A stretch of DNA of 63,023 nt, filler included. It is 3 parts of 3 records of this genome, joined end to end, with 100 filler letters (N's around TTAATTAATTAA, not from the genome) between each part and the next. Parts side by side here need not be neighbours in the genome. Positions count along the whole stretch, not along the records: positions 20,827 to 52,248 come from SRR20825019_245; 2 more parts are not named here. One strand, given 5' to 3'. Below the pieces are notes generated by a model. It searched no databases, was not told the origin of the DNA, and saw nothing but the letters and a program-made list of their open reading frames with translations. The translations under genes were made by a program, and so were the position numbers. Positions 38,979 through 50,523 of the stretch are shown piece after piece. Positions within the stretch are counted from its first letter, which is position 1, and every line of letters begins with the position of its first letter.

Positions 38979-41299
38979 TGGAAAAGTCCTTCAAACCAGC
39001 CCCGTATCCGCCGCTCGATATTACCTCCGCAGGAAACCTCCACATCAGGCTCACTGCCGGTGATGAACGGTACGAGGCGTGCATTGTCACAATGTTCTTC
39101 TGTCAGGGCGACTTCGTCGGGATTGACCCAGAGGTACTCTACCCCATCCGGCACCACCGGCGAGAAGCCGTGCTGCGGTACCTGGCTCATAAACCGGGAC
39201 CACACCGGTAAGGCGCCGGTGGCGCCTGTCAGAGACGTTGGGCCGTTGTCGTCCCGGCCAACCCAGGTCACCGCCAGCAGGTCGCCGCTGAAACCGGCGA
39301 ACCAGGAATCGCGGCCATCATCGGTGGTTCCGGTCTTACCTGCAAGCGTGAGCTCTCGTGGCACGGTCCGGTACGCGGAACGCCCGGTACCTTCCTGCAT
39401 GGTTTCCTGCATAACATACTGGACAAGATGTACCGCGGCGGGATCCGCTACCTGGTCCACTTTCAGGCTATAGCGAGACAGGGCCTCGCCTTCGGCATCG
39501 GTGACCTGCCGAATGGTTCTCAGGGGCGTATTGAAACCGGACGTAGCCAGCCCCTGATAGATCTGGGCGACCGTTACCGGCGTCATGGAGACTGAGCCCA
39601 ACAACATTGATGGGTACTCCGAAATACCCCCGGGAACGCCAAATCCCTGCAAGGTAGACTTCACAGCGCCGATACCCACATCCAGCCCTACACGCACAGT
39701 AGGTAGGTTATACGAGTGGGAGAGCGCCTTGTGCAGGGGCACCTCGCCGCGCTGTTCCTTATCGTAGTTTTCAGGCTCCCAGCGGCGTCCGTCGTCGAAC
39801 ACCAGGGAGAAGCCCTTGTCCTCGACAGGTGTAATCAGGGTATACCGATCCGGGTTCTGCAACGCCGTCAGGTAAACGAACGGCTTGACCAGGGAACCGA
39901 TAGGACGGCTCGCATCCACGGCGCGATTGAAACCGGCGTATTTCGGATCACGCCCACCAACCAGGGCCAACACCTCTCCACTGTCCCGCGAGGTCACCAC
40001 CATGGCGGACTCCAGCGTGGTATCGGAGCTCCCCTCCATTCGCCCGAGCATATCCTTGACGGCAAATTCCGCCGCATACTGGATCGCGGGGTTCAGGGTG
40101 GTGAAGATGCGAAGCCCCTCACTCTGCAGGTCTTCCTGCTTGTAATCCCGGGCCAGGTGACGACGAACCAGATCGATGTAGGCCGGGTACCGGTTTTCAG
40201 AGTATGAAGCCTGGTTCGTAACACCCAGCGGCTGGGCACGGGCCCTGGCGGCATCCTCTTCGCTGATAAGATCGGTTTCAGCCATCACATCAATGACCAG
40301 GTTGCGACGGGACAGGGCACGGTCCGGATGGCGTCGGGGATTATAGTAGCTCGGCCCCTTCACCAGGCCGACCAACAAGGCAATCTGATGGGTTTGGAGA
40401 TCACGAATCGACTCGCCGAAATAGAACTGGCTTGCCAGCCCGAATCCGTGAATGGCTCGTGTGCCGGCCTGCCCCACGTACACCTCGTTGACGTAGGTTT
40501 CCAGTATGTCGTTCTTCTCGTAATGGAGCTCCAGAAGCAGCGACATCAGGGCTTCGTTGCCCTTGCGCAACAAGGTTTGATCCCGGGTCAGGAAGAAGTT
40601 CTTCACCAACTGCTGGGTCAGCGTGCTGCCCCCCTGCACGATCTGCCCGGCCCGGATATTAGCCAGCATTGCCCGGCCAATCGATAGCGGGGCGATCCCG
40701 ACATGGTCATGGAAATTGCGGTCCTCAACGGCCAATAGCGTATCGGTGAAAAGTTCGGGTACATCCGCCAGCTGCACCAACACCCGGTCTTCCTTGTGGG
40801 CGGGATAGATACCGCCGATCTGGGCCGGTTCCAGGCGCACAATCGGCGAAGGGTCGCCCGACAGTACCCGGAAATCCTGCACCTGGTCGCTGTATATGTT
40901 AAGCGACAGGCGTCTACGAGGTTCCAGCCCGTCGGTAAACAGAAAGCCCCGAGTGCTGATAATAAAGAGGCCGCCATTGCGACGATAGGTACCTGCCCGG
41001 CTGCCATCCCCGGCACGGTAGCCGGACAGCTCAAGCTCCCGCTGCAGAGCCCCCGAACTGACGCTCGCGCCGTCATACAGCTCCAGTGGTCTCGCGTAGA
41101 CTCGAGAAGGCACTTCAAATCGACGGCCTTCAAAGCGGGAGGTGACCACCGCATCCAGGTAAACCATCCAACCGGCGAGCAGCACCACACCGATAAAAAA
41201 GACGCGCAAAAACAGGCGCCAGAACCAGGGCCGGCGGGCAGACTTTCCCTTGCGGGTGTTTTTCTTGGGCGATTTCCGGGGGGAAGCAGATTTTTTCAT
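38975..41299 (-). CDS. mrcB: Penicillin-binding protein 1B
   Basis: UB2H region, EDRNF, GGSTLTQQLVKN, SLVK, SYN, KTG; start at MKKSAS. Confidence 0.96.
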   Translation of the reverse strand: MKKSASPRKSPKKNTRKGKSARRPWFWRLFLRVFFIGVVLLAGWMVYLDAVVTSRFEGRRFEVPSRVYARPLELYDGASVSSGALQRELELSGYRAGDGSRAGTYRRNGGLFIISTRGFLFTDGLEPRRRLSLNIYSDQVQDFRVLSGDPSPIVRLEPAQIGGIYPAHKEDRVLVQLADVPELFTDTLLAVEDRNFHDHVGIAPLSIGRAMLANIRAGQIVQGGSTLTQQLVKNFFLTRDQTLLRKGNEALMSLLLELHYEKNDILETYVNEVYVGQAGTRAIHGFGLASQFYFGESIRDLQTHQIALLVGLVKGPSYYNPRRHPDRALSRRNLVIDVMAETDLISEEDAARARAQPLGVTNQASYSENRYPAYIDLVRRHLARDYKQEDLQSEGLRIFTTLNPAIQYAAEFAVKDMLGRMEGSSDTTLESAMVVTSRDSGEVLALVGGRDPKYAGFNRAVDASRPIGSLVKPFVYLTALQNPDRYTLITPVEDKGFSLVFDDGRRWEPENYDKEQRGEVPLHKALSHSYNLPTVRVGLDVGIGAVKSTLQGFGVPGGISEYPSMLLGSVSMTPVTVAQIYQGLATSGFNTPLRTIRQVTDAEGEALSRYSLKVDQVADPAAVHLVQYVMQETMQEGTGRSAYRTVPRELTLAGKTGTTDDGRDSWFAGFSGDLLAVTWVGRDDNGPTSLTGATGALPVWSRFMSQVPQHGFSPVVPDGVEYLWVNPDEVALTEEHCDNARLVPFITGSEPDVEVSCGGNIERRIRGWFEGLFQ

Positions 41300-41430
41300 G
41301 GCGGGATTATAACGAATCCGGGCATCGGTACGGCAGGTCATCCGTGTGTTATTTCTGTAATCTGCCCGTTTTGCTCGTTATGATGGGGGCGATAAAAATC
41401 AACGAGTTCAAGGAACCCAAGGAGAGAGCC

Positions 41431-43008
41431 GTGAGCGATGCACCTTCCGACAACCTGATTCTGGCACTGCAGGATCCGGCGCTGTATGACCACCCGGTGA
41501 AAGACTTTCAGGTTATCGAAACGCACATCTCATGGGTCATCCTGACCGGCGACTATGCCTACAAAATCAAGAAGCCGATGGACTTCGGCTTTCTCGACTT
41601 TTCGACCCTGGCACGGCGCAAACGCTTTTGCGAAGAGGAGTTGCGCCTGAATCGGCGTCTCGCCAACAATCTATACCTCGACGTGTTGCCCATCACCGGC
41701 TCGGCCGAGGCTCCGGCACTCGGTGGCGAGGGGGACGCGTTCGAGTACGCCATCCGCATGCGCCAGTTCGACCAGAACGAGCTGTTCGACGTGCGACAGG
41801 AAAACAGCAAACTCACGCCTGAACTGCTCACCAGCCTCGCCCGGCAGGCCGCGAACTTCCACGACAGCCAACCACCGGTTGAACCCGGCAAACCACTGGG
41901 AACGCCAGAAGCGGTCTTCGCTGCAATGCAGGAAAACTTCGACCAGATCCGCCCGATGATTGACGATGACGTGCTCCTGCTTCAGCTCGACAACCTGGAG
42001 CAATGGACCCGCAGCACCTTTGAGCGCCAATCGGCCCTGATTTCCGAGCGCTACGAGGGCGGATTTGTACGGGAGTGCCATGGCGACCTGCATCTGGCAA
42101 ATATCACAATCTATGACGGCGACGTGACCGTATTCGATTGCATCGAGTTCAGTGAGCCGTTCCGCTGGATTGACGTGATCAACGACCTGGCGTTCCTGTT
42201 GATGGACCTGGAGTCCCGCCGTGAGCCCGAGCTGGCGAACCTGGTATTGAATACCTACCTGGAATACCGCGGCGACTTCGAGGCCCTGCCGCTGCTGCCC
42301 CTCTACAAGGCGTACCGGGCCATGGTCCGCGCCAAAATCGCCCTGTTTACCCTGGGCAACCCATCGCTGACCGATGCTGAGCGACAGGGGCTGATGCAGC
42401 GCTATCGCGATTACGCCCAACTGGCGGAAGACTACAGCGCCATACCCAACCCTTATCTACTGGCCACCACCGGGCTCTCCGCCAGTGGAAAATCCTGTGT
42501 CAGCGGTTCCATGGCGGCGGAGTTGGGGCTGATTCGGCTGCGTTCGGACGTAGAGCGCAAGCGGCTCTTTGGCCTGGGCCCGCTGGACCAGAGCAAATCC
42601 CCGACCGGCGAAAAGCTGTACACCGAAGAAGCCAACCAGCGCACCTATGAGCGCCTGGCCGAGTTGGCCGGCGCCTTGCTGACCAGCGGCCTGCCGGTCA
42701 TCGTAGACTCTGCCTGCCTGAAACAGTCCGAGCGGGAGATGATGGCGGACGTGGCGGAGAGCCGGGGCATGCCGTTCGCTCTGTTGCACTGCGAAGCGCC
42801 CCTGGAAAGCCGTAAGGAATGGGCTCGCAACCGCGCAGGCGATGCCTCCGAAGCCACTGAAGAATTCCTGGAAGAACAGGAAGCGTGGCTTGAGCCCCTT
42901 ACCACCGAGGAAAAAACCCACACCATTCATCTGTACACCGACCAGGAGCATGTGGGGGAAGCGGTCGCAGACCGAATCCGCCAGCATTTTGGCCTTCCCG
43001 GGATGTAA
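41431..43008 (+). CDS. Bifunctional APH-like kinase plus P-loop (AAA_33/gluconate kinase-like) protein
   Basis: ETHISWV, YKIKKP, HGDLHLANI, DCIEF, then GLSASGKS and RSDVERKRL; GTG start after AAGGAG. Confidence 0.85.
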   Translation: MSDAPSDNLILALQDPALYDHPVKDFQVIETHISWVILTGDYAYKIKKPMDFGFLDFSTLARRKRFCEEELRLNRRLANNLYLDVLPITGSAEAPALGGEGDAFEYAIRMRQFDQNELFDVRQENSKLTPELLTSLARQAANFHDSQPPVEPGKPLGTPEAVFAAMQENFDQIRPMIDDDVLLLQLDNLEQWTRSTFERQSALISERYEGGFVRECHGDLHLANITIYDGDVTVFDCIEFSEPFRWIDVINDLAFLLMDLESRREPELANLVLNTYLEYRGDFEALPLLPLYKAYRAMVRAKIALFTLGNPSLTDAERQGLMQRYRDYAQLAEDYSAIPNPYLLATTGLSASGKSCVSGSMAAELGLIRLRSDVERKRLFGLGPLDQSKSPTGEKLYTEEANQRTYERLAELAGALLTSGLPVIVDSACLKQSEREMMADVAESRGMPFALLHCEAPLESRKEWARNRAGDASEATEEFLEEQEAWLEPLTTEEKTHTIHLYTDQEHVGEAVADRIRQHFGLPGM

Positions 43009-43075
43009 AACGTCTACACTGAACAGTGCCCGGCCCCTGGCCGGGCCACTGTGAATAGATTCCTGGAGCTCCACA

Positions 43076-43432
43076 ATGGATACCGATGCCGTTCGCCACA
43101 TCAATGACCCGCTTTACGAAAAGCTTCGTAGCGAAGACATTGACGCTTTCAATACCGCAAAAAGCAGACTGACCGAACTCCCGAGCCTGGCGCACGGTGA
43201 TTTCCGGGGACTGGACCTTCGCGGGATGGACACAAGAGGGCTGGACCTCAGCCACGCCTATTTTCGTGGCGCGGACCTGCGCGGTATCGATTTCAGCCAG
43301 ACCAACCTAGAAGGTGCGAGCATCGCTGGTGCCAAGATTTCGGGCTGCTACTTTCCTTCACAGCTGCATTCGGACGAAATCATCCTGTCGCTCAATCACG
43401 GCACCCGAATGCGCTACAACATCCTGAAGTAA
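43076..43432 (+). CDS. Pentapeptide repeat protein
   Basis: DFRGL DLRGM ... YFRGA DLRGI DFSQT NLEGA SIAGA. Confidence 0.88.
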   Translation: MDTDAVRHINDPLYEKLRSEDIDAFNTAKSRLTELPSLAHGDFRGLDLRGMDTRGLDLSHAYFRGADLRGIDFSQTNLEGASIAGAKISGCYFPSQLHSDEIILSLNHGTRMRYNILK

Positions 43433-43437
43433 CCGAC

Positions 43438-44166
43438 TCAGGCGCCCAAGACAACCGGCACAGCCTCCCCTAGCGAGATATCCCCATCCGGCCCTTGCGG
43501 GCCGGAAAGCCCCGCCCGGTATGCCAGCACCTCCACGCCCGCGGCCTTTGCCTCACGCAGCAGCACACCGTAGGCGCTGTCGATATGATCAGCCGGCCGC
43601 ACACTGTCGATACCGGTGTGGTTGACCACAAAAAACAGCACCGCACGCTCGCCGGCCCTGGCCTGGGCCATCAACTCCCGCAGGTGCTTCTGGCCACGAG
43701 TGGTTACGGCATCGGGGAAAAAGCCCTGCCCGTCCTCGCACAGGGTCACATTTTTCACCTCCACCCAGGCATCCGGATGATGCTCGTGACCTGACAGATG
43801 TAGATCAATCCGGCTTTTTTCAGTGCCGTAACGCACCTCTGCCCTGCAGGTCTGGTACGCGGCCAGCTCCGGAACATCCCCACTTTCAATGGCTTCACGG
43901 GCCTGCGCATTCGGTCGCGCCGTGTTGATACAGGCCACCTCACCCGGCGCGGTTTCGACCAGCTCCCAGGTATACTTCAACTTGCGCTTGGGATTGTCAC
44001 TGGTACTTAGCCATACTCTGGCATCCTCGGGCTGACACCCCAGCATGGAGCCCGTGTTGGGGCAATGGGCAATGACCTCGCTGCCATCCGGCAACCGGAC
44101 ATCAGCCAGGAACCGCTTGTAGCGCCGTATTAGCCGGCCTTCGATCAATGGTACGGGCAACTTCAT
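43438..44166 (-). CDS. sfsA: DNA/RNA nuclease SfsA
   Basis: [40 protein letters not shown]. Confidence 0.95.
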   Translation of the reverse strand: MKLPVPLIEGRLIRRYKRFLADVRLPDGSEVIAHCPNTGSMLGCQPEDARVWLSTSDNPKRKLKYTWELVETAPGEVACINTARPNAQAREAIESGDVPELAAYQTCRAEVRYGTEKSRIDLHLSGHEHHPDAWVEVKNVTLCEDGQGFFPDAVTTRGQKHLRELMAQARAGERAVLFFVVNHTGIDSVRPADHIDSAYGVLLREAKAAGVEVLAYRAGLSGPQGPDGDISLGEAVPVVLGA

Positions 44167-44342
44167 TTTGGTCTCCGTGCAAAAGTAGGCATCACAAGGC
44201 TGGCACCCCTGTGACTAATCTGCTATTTTCCGCAAATTCCCGTTTCAGGACGAATGCTTTTTCCAGGGTAATGGCCGGCCAGTATTCGCTGGCCGCCGGA
44301 AATAAAGCGTTCTTGCGAAGTACAAACATGAGGCCGGGTTCA

Positions 44343-44783
44343 ATGGCAAAGACTGCAGAACAACCACGCGAACGTTTCACCAACTTCACCCCCTATGAAA
44401 TGAAGAAGGGTGAAGAGTACATGAGTGCGGAAATGCTGGAGCACTTCAAGGATCTGCTGCTGCAGTGGAAGCAGGAGCTGATGGAAGAAGTGGACCGCAC
44501 GATGCACCACATGCAGGAAGATGCGGCAAATTACGCGGATCCCAGTGACCGTGCAACCCAGGAAGAGGAATTCAGCCTGGAACTGCGCACCCGCGACCGC
44601 GAGCGCAAGCTGATCAAGAAAATTGACCAGACCATCGACCGCATCGACAAGGACGACTACGGCTTCTGCGACCAGTGTGGCGTTGAGATCGGTATCCGTC
44701 GCCTTGAGGCACGGCCAACCGCGACATTGTGCATTGACTGCAAGACTCTCGCTGAAATTCGCGAGCGCCAGACTGGCATCTGA
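44343..44783 (+). CDS. dksA: RNA polymerase-binding transcription factor DksA
   Basis: DPSDRATQEEEFSLELRTRDRERKLIKKI and a C4 zinc finger; start at MAKTAEQ. Confidence 0.97.
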   Translation: MAKTAEQPRERFTNFTPYEMKKGEEYMSAEMLEHFKDLLLQWKQELMEEVDRTMHHMQEDAANYADPSDRATQEEEFSLELRTRDRERKLIKKIDQTIDRIDKDDYGFCDQCGVEIGIRRLEARPTATLCIDCKTLAEIRERQTGI

Positions 44784-44837
44784 CCCCACGCCTCTGAATA
44801 TGCTGGCCCCTGAACCCGGGGCCGGTGTTCACCAGCC

Positions 44838-45710
44838 ATGACTGATTCCCACTATCGCGGCCGGTTTGCGCCGTCTCCAACCGGGCCTCTGCATTTTGGC
44901 TCCCTGGTCACCGCGGTTGCCAGTTACCTTGAGGCGCGCAGTCATAAAGGCACCTGGCTGGTGCGGATTGAAGACCTTGATCCTCTCCGGGAATCCCCTG
45001 AAGCCACCCAGCGGATACTGGATAGCCTGAACGCCCACGGCCTGCATTCCGACGAACCCGTGCGCTTTCAGTCAGAACGCCACGCCCATTACCACGCATT
45101 GATTGATCGTTTACTCAGCCAAAGGCTGGCCTATCGCTGTGCCTGCTCACGAAAGCAACTGCGGGAAAACGATGGGCGCCACCCGGAGCATTGCCGTGAT
45201 GGGAAGGCCGAACCGGGCGAACGCCCGTTCGCTGTCCGTTTTGCCCTTCACGACGAACACAGCGAGTGGCACGATCAATTACTGGGGCCGCAAGTGCAGC
45301 AGGTACACGCTGAACTGGACGATCCGGTCATCCTCCGCAAGGAAGGCTTCTACGCCTACCAACTGGCGGTGGTTGCCGACGACATCGACCAGGGCATCAG
45401 CCACGTCGTCAGGGGCTCGGACCTGTTGGACATGACCGCACAGCAACAGCAGATCTATCGTTCACTGGGCGCGCCACCACCTCAGTGGATGCACATTCCG
45501 GTTATTCTCAACGCCGAAGGCCAGAAGCTCAGCAAGCAAAACCACGCACCAGCCCTGGATGACCGAAAAGCAATAGACAACCTGAAACGGGCCCTCGTCG
45601 CATTGGGACAGGAACAACGTTTGTTGGCAGAGGCATCAGACATCGGTACCCTGCTTGCCCGGGCCGCTGCCAACTGGGCGCCGGAGCGGATTCACCTGAC
45701 AGCCCGGTGA
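44838..45710 (+). CDS. gluQ: tRNA glutamyl-Q(34) synthetase
   Basis: GRFAPSPTGPLHFGS, RIEDLD, KLSKQ, no anticodon domain; dksA synteny. Confidence 0.94.
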   Translation: MTDSHYRGRFAPSPTGPLHFGSLVTAVASYLEARSHKGTWLVRIEDLDPLRESPEATQRILDSLNAHGLHSDEPVRFQSERHAHYHALIDRLLSQRLAYRCACSRKQLRENDGRHPEHCRDGKAEPGERPFAVRFALHDEHSEWHDQLLGPQVQQVHAELDDPVILRKEGFYAYQLAVVADDIDQGISHVVRGSDLLDMTAQQQQIYRSLGAPPPQWMHIPVILNAEGQKLSKQNHAPALDDRKAIDNLKRALVALGQEQRLLAEASDIGTLLARAAANWAPERIHLTAR

Positions 45711-45760
45711 ACGACATGTTATAAACCTTTTCACAAGCGACAGTGCGGATATCATGCCTG

Positions 45761-45937
45761 ATGTATATCTACCGTCTGGTCTTCCTTCTGGTTCTGGCCA
45801 TCTACATATTCTCTCCCAACATTCTTGACTGGTGGACGTCGCCAGGGAATGCCTGGTACAGCCCCTACGTAATCTGGGCCGGCCTGATTGCCATCGGCTT
45901 CTGGCTGGAGTGGCGACGGGATCCCAATGAGTTTTAG
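45761..45937 (+). CDS. cbrX: CbrX-like small membrane peptide (58 aa) overlapping the cbrA start
   Basis: MYIYRLVFLLVLAIYIFSPNILDWW...WYSPY..., resembling Pseudomonas CbrX; 11-nt overlap with cbrA. Confidence 0.8.
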   Translation: MYIYRLVFLLVLAIYIFSPNILDWWTSPGNAWYSPYVIWAGLIAIGFWLEWRRDPNEF

Positions 45938-48887
45938 CGCTCCCAGCCTATTACTGGCCAGCCTGTTGTATCTGGTCCTGCTTTTCGGCATTGCGTGGGT
46001 GACCGAAAAAGGCGCGCTGCCCCGCAGCTGGATCAGGCACCCTCTGGTCTACACGCTTAGCCTTGGCGTCTACGCCGGCATCTGGGCCGTGTACGCCGCG
46101 GTGGGCATGGCCGCTGAATCGGGGTTTGGCTTCCTGGCCTACTATCTGGGCATCAGCGGCGCCTTTCTGCTGGCACCGGTTCTGCTCAACCCGGTGATGC
46201 GGATTGGCCGCGCCTACCAGCTCACCTCCCTTGCCGACCTGTTCGCCTACCGGTATCGAAGCCAGTGGGCGGGCACGCTGGTAACCATCTGTTCCGGCAC
46301 CGCCATATTGGCCTTGCTGAGCATGCAGATCCAGGCGGTATCCACGTCTGCCAGCCTGTTGGCCCCAGACACGTCGCCCCAGCTCATCAGTGTGCTTTTC
46401 AGCATTATCGTGGTTTTGTTTGCCATGCTGTTCGGCACTCGTCGCAGCCAGGGTTCCGAGAACCACCAGGGCCTGGTATTGGCCATTGCCTTCGACTCCC
46501 TGGTGAAACTCTTCTCACTGCTGATCCTTGGCGGAGTCATCCTGTTTGGCGTATTCGATGGTATGGCAGGACTGGAAACCTGGCTGGCGGACCAGAGCAC
46601 TCCGGTTAGCACCATGACCATGAGCATCGATGACGGCAGTTGGCGCGCCTTGATGCTGATGTCCTTCGCCGGTGCCCTGGTACTGCCCCACATGTACCAC
46701 ATGACCTTCAGTGAAAACCCGTCGCCCAAAGCACTGGCAAAGGCCAGTTGGGGACTGCCCCTCTACCTGCTGCTGCTCGGCCTGCCGATTCCACTGATTC
46801 TCTGGGGCGGCCAGGCGTTGGCTGCCACCACGGGACCGAACTTCTACGCCATCGGCACCGCCCAGGCCCTCGGCAGTCCGGCCCTAACATTGATGATGTA
46901 CATTGCCGGCCTGTCCGCCGCCAGCGGCCTGATGATCGTCAGCACCCTGGCTCTGGCGGGCATGGTGCTGAACCATGCGGTTCTTCCACTACGAACCCCC
47001 AAGGACCACGGTGACATCTACCACTGGCTGAAATGGGTCAAGCGCCTGCTTATCGCGGCCATCATCTTCGCTGCGCTGCTGTTCCATGAAACCCTGGGCA
47101 AAAACCTGGACCTGTCGATCCTCGGCGCCATTTCACTATCAGGCATGCTCCAGCTACTCCCCGGCGCCCTTGGTGTGATCTATTGGCCAGAAGGCAATCG
47201 CCGTGGCCTGATCGCCGGGCTGGTCTCCGGCCTGGTCATTTGGGTGATTACCCTGGTGTTGCCCTTCTCCCATACCGCCAACCTGCTGGATTTCATCGGT
47301 GCCCCGCTGGTACCGGACTACAGCAATTGGCACATCTTCACCTTCGTTAGCCTGACGGTGAATGTCACCATATTCACCCTCATTTCAGTACTGAGCACGA
47401 GCTCCGCCGAAGAAGCCGGGGCTGCCCAGGCATGCTCTCTGGGCGCGCTTTCCCGCCCCCAGCGCAGAGAGTTACTGGCAACCTCGTCTGCGGACTTCAC
47501 CCGCCAGCTTGCGGTTCCATTAGGGCTGGGGGTTGCAAGACGGGAAGTGGAAAAAGCCCTTACCCAGCTCAAGCTGCCCAACGTGGAATACCGGCCCTAC
47601 CAACTTCGGCGCTTGCGCGACCGAGTGGAGGTAAACCTTTCGGGATTGCTGGGCCCCGCTGTCGCTCGTGATCTGGTTAAACGGCACCTGGGCTATAAAC
47701 CCATGGCCAGCGGCGGCACCGCACAGGATATACGCTATGTCGAACGGGCCCTCGGGGATTACCAGAATCGCCTGACCGGGCTCGCCGGGGAACTGGACAA
47801 CCTGCGCCGTCACTATCGCCAGACCCTTCAGAACCTTCCGATTCCCGCTTGCTCTGTTGGCGAAGACGGCGAAATACTCATGTGGAACAACGCCATGGAA
47901 GCCCTCACCGGCATTACAGCTGACGATGTGGTGGGTGCCCGACTGATGGCCCTGCCCGAGCACTGGCACCTGCTGCTGGATGATTTCAACAGCGGTGAGG
48001 ACCTGCACCGGTACAAGCACCGCCTGGATCTGAAAGGCCGCCCCCACTGGCTTAACCTGCACAAAGCAGCCTTGAGCGGCCCCGATCACACCGAGGGCGG
48101 CAGCATTATCCTGGTGGAAGATCAGACGGAAACCCGCCTGCTGGAAGACGAACTGATGCACAGCGAGCGCCTGGCCTCCGTGGGCCGGCTCGCGGCCGGT
48201 GTCGCCCATGAAATTGGCAATCCGGTCACCGGTATCTCCTCCCTGGCCCAGAACCTGAAGCTGGAAACCGACGACCCGGACATTCTGTCCACCGCGGATC
48301 AGATCCAACAGCAGACCCGGCGGATCTCCACCATCCTGCAGTCGCTGATGAACTTTGCCCGTACCGGAAACCATGCCCACGCCAACCGCTACGAACCGGT
48401 GGACATACACCGTTGTGTGAACGAGTCCATCAACCTGCTGTCCCTCAGTGACAAGGGCATGGGCATTCACTACCGCAACGAATGTCCGAATGAGCTGACC
48501 ATCCTGGGGGATGAACAACGGCTGGTGCAGGTGTTTATCAACCTGCTGGCCAATGCCCGGGACGCCTCACCCATCGGTGGAGAAGTGCGTATCAGTGGAA
48601 ACCGTGATGGCTACTCCGCTATTATCGAGGTCACCGATGACGGCTCCGGCATACCGAAAGACCAGCTGGACCATATCTTCGAGCCTTTTTACACCACCAA
48701 GGCCCCCAACAAAGGAACGGGCCTGGGCCTGTCGCTGGTGTACAGCATCATTGAAGAGCATTACGGCAACATTCAAGTGGACAGCCCGGCTGATGCTGAC
48801 ACTAGCCGCGGCACCTGTGTGCGCATGAGGTTGCCGGCCTACGAGCCGGACACCGGTACCACCATCAGCCAGAACGAAGGGTCGTAA
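45927..48887 (+). CDS. cbrA: Sodium:solute symporter-PAS-histidine kinase fusion CbrA
   Basis: SLC5-like TM domain ([21 protein letters not shown]), [14 protein letters not shown]-box, G-boxes; start at MSFSAP. Confidence 0.92.
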   Translation: MSFSAPSLLLASLLYLVLLFGIAWVTEKGALPRSWIRHPLVYTLSLGVYAGIWAVYAAVGMAAESGFGFLAYYLGISGAFLLAPVLLNPVMRIGRAYQLTSLADLFAYRYRSQWAGTLVTICSGTAILALLSMQIQAVSTSASLLAPDTSPQLISVLFSIIVVLFAMLFGTRRSQGSENHQGLVLAIAFDSLVKLFSLLILGGVILFGVFDGMAGLETWLADQSTPVSTMTMSIDDGSWRALMLMSFAGALVLPHMYHMTFSENPSPKALAKASWGLPLYLLLLGLPIPLILWGGQALAATTGPNFYAIGTAQALGSPALTLMMYIAGLSAASGLMIVSTLALAGMVLNHAVLPLRTPKDHGDIYHWLKWVKRLLIAAIIFAALLFHETLGKNLDLSILGAISLSGMLQLLPGALGVIYWPEGNRRGLIAGLVSGLVIWVITLVLPFSHTANLLDFIGAPLVPDYSNWHIFTFVSLTVNVTIFTLISVLSTSSAEEAGAAQACSLGALSRPQRRELLATSSADFTRQLAVPLGLGVARREVEKALTQLKLPNVEYRPYQLRRLRDRVEVNLSGLLGPAVARDLVKRHLGYKPMASGGTAQDIRYVERALGDYQNRLTGLAGELDNLRRHYRQTLQNLPIPACSVGEDGEILMWNNAMEALTGITADDVVGARLMALPEHWHLLLDDFNSGEDLHRYKHRLDLKGRPHWLNLHKAALSGPDHTEGGSIILVEDQTETRLLEDELMHSERLASVGRLAAGVAHEIGNPVTGISSLAQNLKLETDDPDILSTADQIQQQTRRISTILQSLMNFARTGNHAHANRYEPVDIHRCVNESINLLSLSDKGMGIHYRNECPNELTILGDEQRLVQVFINLLANARDASPIGGEVRISGNRDGYSAIIEVTDDGSGIPKDQLDHIFEPFYTTKAPNKGTGLGLSLVYSIIEEHYGNIQVDSPADADTSRGTCVRMRLPAYEPDTGTTISQNEGS

Positions 48888-48894
48888 ACGCGTT

Positions 48895-50304
48895 ATGCCT
48901 CGCATTCTGATTGTAGAAGACGAAGAGATCATCCGTTCAGCGGTTCGCAAGCTGCTTCAGCACGCCGGTTACGAGGTTGCCGATGCTGGCTCCGTTGAAG
49001 AAGCCGAAGACAACCACGACCCCGGCGAATTTGACCTGATCATCTCCGACCTTCGACTGCCCGGCGCAGCCGGAACGGAACTGATTCGGCGCGCACCGGA
49101 CACTCCGGTGCTGATCATGACCAGCTATGCCAGCCTCCGCTCCGCCGTGGACTCCATGAAAATGGGCGCCGTGGAGTACATTGCCAAACCCTTCGATCAC
49201 GATGAAATGCTGGAAGCGGTCGAGGGCATTCTCGCCAGAAAGCCGCAGATTTCTTCCTCGAATGCCCAGTCATCATCGAATCAGGCAGATGCAGCTGCAC
49301 CGGACAGCGACCCGGCCAGCATCATGTTTGGTCACTGCGATGCCATGCAGAAGGTGTTCACCCTGATACGCAAAGTGGCGCCGACGGAGACCACAGTGCT
49401 GATCCAGGGCGAATCCGGAACCGGCAAGGAGCTGGCTGCTCGCGCGCTTCACCTGATGAGCCCCCGGGCCGCCAGACCTCTTATTTCCGTAAACTGCGCC
49501 GCGATTCCGGAAAGCCTGATCGAGTCGGAACTGTTCGGCCATGAAAAGGGGTCGTTTACCGGGGCGGTATCGGCCCGGACCGGCCTGATCGAAGCAGCCG
49601 ACGGCGGCAGCCTGTTTCTGGACGAAATCGGCGAATTGCCCGCTGAGGCTCAGGCCCGTCTGCTGCGGGTGTTGCAGGAAGGCGAGATTCGCAAGGTGGG
49701 CTCCACCCAGAGCCGCCAGGTGGACGTGCGCATGATTGCAGCCACCCATCGTAACCTGAAGGCCATGACACGAACCGGTGGGTTCCGCGAAGACTTGTTT
49801 TACCGACTGAACGTCATGCAGGTTCGCATACCGCCGCTGCGGGAAAGGCAGTCGGATATTCTTGGCCTGGCCCAGCGATTCCTGCAACGCCAGGGCGAAA
49901 AGATGAGTAAACCCGGCCTGAACCTGACACCAGAGGCTATGCGTGCGCTGGAACGACACCGCTGGCCCGGCAACGTCAGGGAGCTGGAAAACGCCATCGA
50001 GCGCGCCACCATCCTCTGTGACAGCGACCTGATCACCCCGTCCCTGCTGGATCTGGACGGCGAAGGCGGCGACGTCAACATCCCCGAAACCCTGGTGGAC
50101 GGCAACAACGAGCAGGCGCCCTCCCGGGAAGCCGAGGCCACCAGTGACCTCTCCCTTGAAGATTACTTCCAACATTTTGTGCTGGAAAACCAGGATCGTA
50201 TGAGTGAAACCGAGCTGGCCCAAAAGTTGGGGATCAGCCGTAAATCTCTGTGGGAGAGGCGGCAACGCCTGGGCATCCCACGAAAGAAAAGTTCGGGGAA
50301 CTGA
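48895..50304 (+). CDS. cbrB: Sigma54-dependent response regulator CbrB
   Basis: REC domain, [23 protein letters not shown]-terminal [38 protein letters not shown]. Confidence 0.93.
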   Translation: MPRILIVEDEEIIRSAVRKLLQHAGYEVADAGSVEEAEDNHDPGEFDLIISDLRLPGAAGTELIRRAPDTPVLIMTSYASLRSAVDSMKMGAVEYIAKPFDHDEMLEAVEGILARKPQISSSNAQSSSNQADAAAPDSDPASIMFGHCDAMQKVFTLIRKVAPTETTVLIQGESGTGKELAARALHLMSPRAARPLISVNCAAIPESLIESELFGHEKGSFTGAVSARTGLIEAADGGSLFLDEIGELPAEAQARLLRVLQEGEIRKVGSTQSRQVDVRMIAATHRNLKAMTRTGGFREDLFYRLNVMQVRIPPLRERQSDILGLAQRFLQRQGEKMSKPGLNLTPEAMRALERHRWPGNVRELENAIERATILCDSDLITPSLLDLDGEGGDVNIPETLVDGNNEQAPSREAEATSDLSLEDYFQHFVLENQDRMSETELAQKLGISRKSLWERRQRLGIPRKKSSGN

Positions 50305-50332
50305 TACTTTTCCGGTACCCCTCAACAAGCAT

Positions 50333-50423
50333 TGTTACCGGGAAAGTGTGAACCTGAGCTCAGTTGTTACCCAGTGTTCCTGACGGTAACACCCCAGATC
50401 TAAAAAACGCGACCTCAGTAACA
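50333..50423 (+). promoter_or_regulatory. CbrB upstream activating sequences
   Basis: TGTTAC at 50333 and 50365, GTAACA at 50386 and 50418; matches the described CbrB TGTTAC...GTAACA sites. Confidence 0.75.
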
Positions 50424-50497
50424 CTTAAGTCTTACGATCCACCTTCTCAAATAGACCGATAATACTAACCTACTGTTAATAAACAGTTTTCAAAAAC

Positions 50498-50513
50498 TGG
50501 CACACGGACTGCA
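50498..50513 (+). promoter_or_regulatory. Sigma54 (-24/-12) promoter
   Basis: TGGCAC-ACGGA-CTGCA. Confidence 0.85.
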
Positions 50514-50523
50514 GTCTATAGGG

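Noticed and set aside
43026-43056. Intergenic GC hairpins here, at 32756-32809 and at ~44794-44830 as a REP family
   Set aside because: They share no clear sequence consensus; treated as independent terminators or stabilisers.
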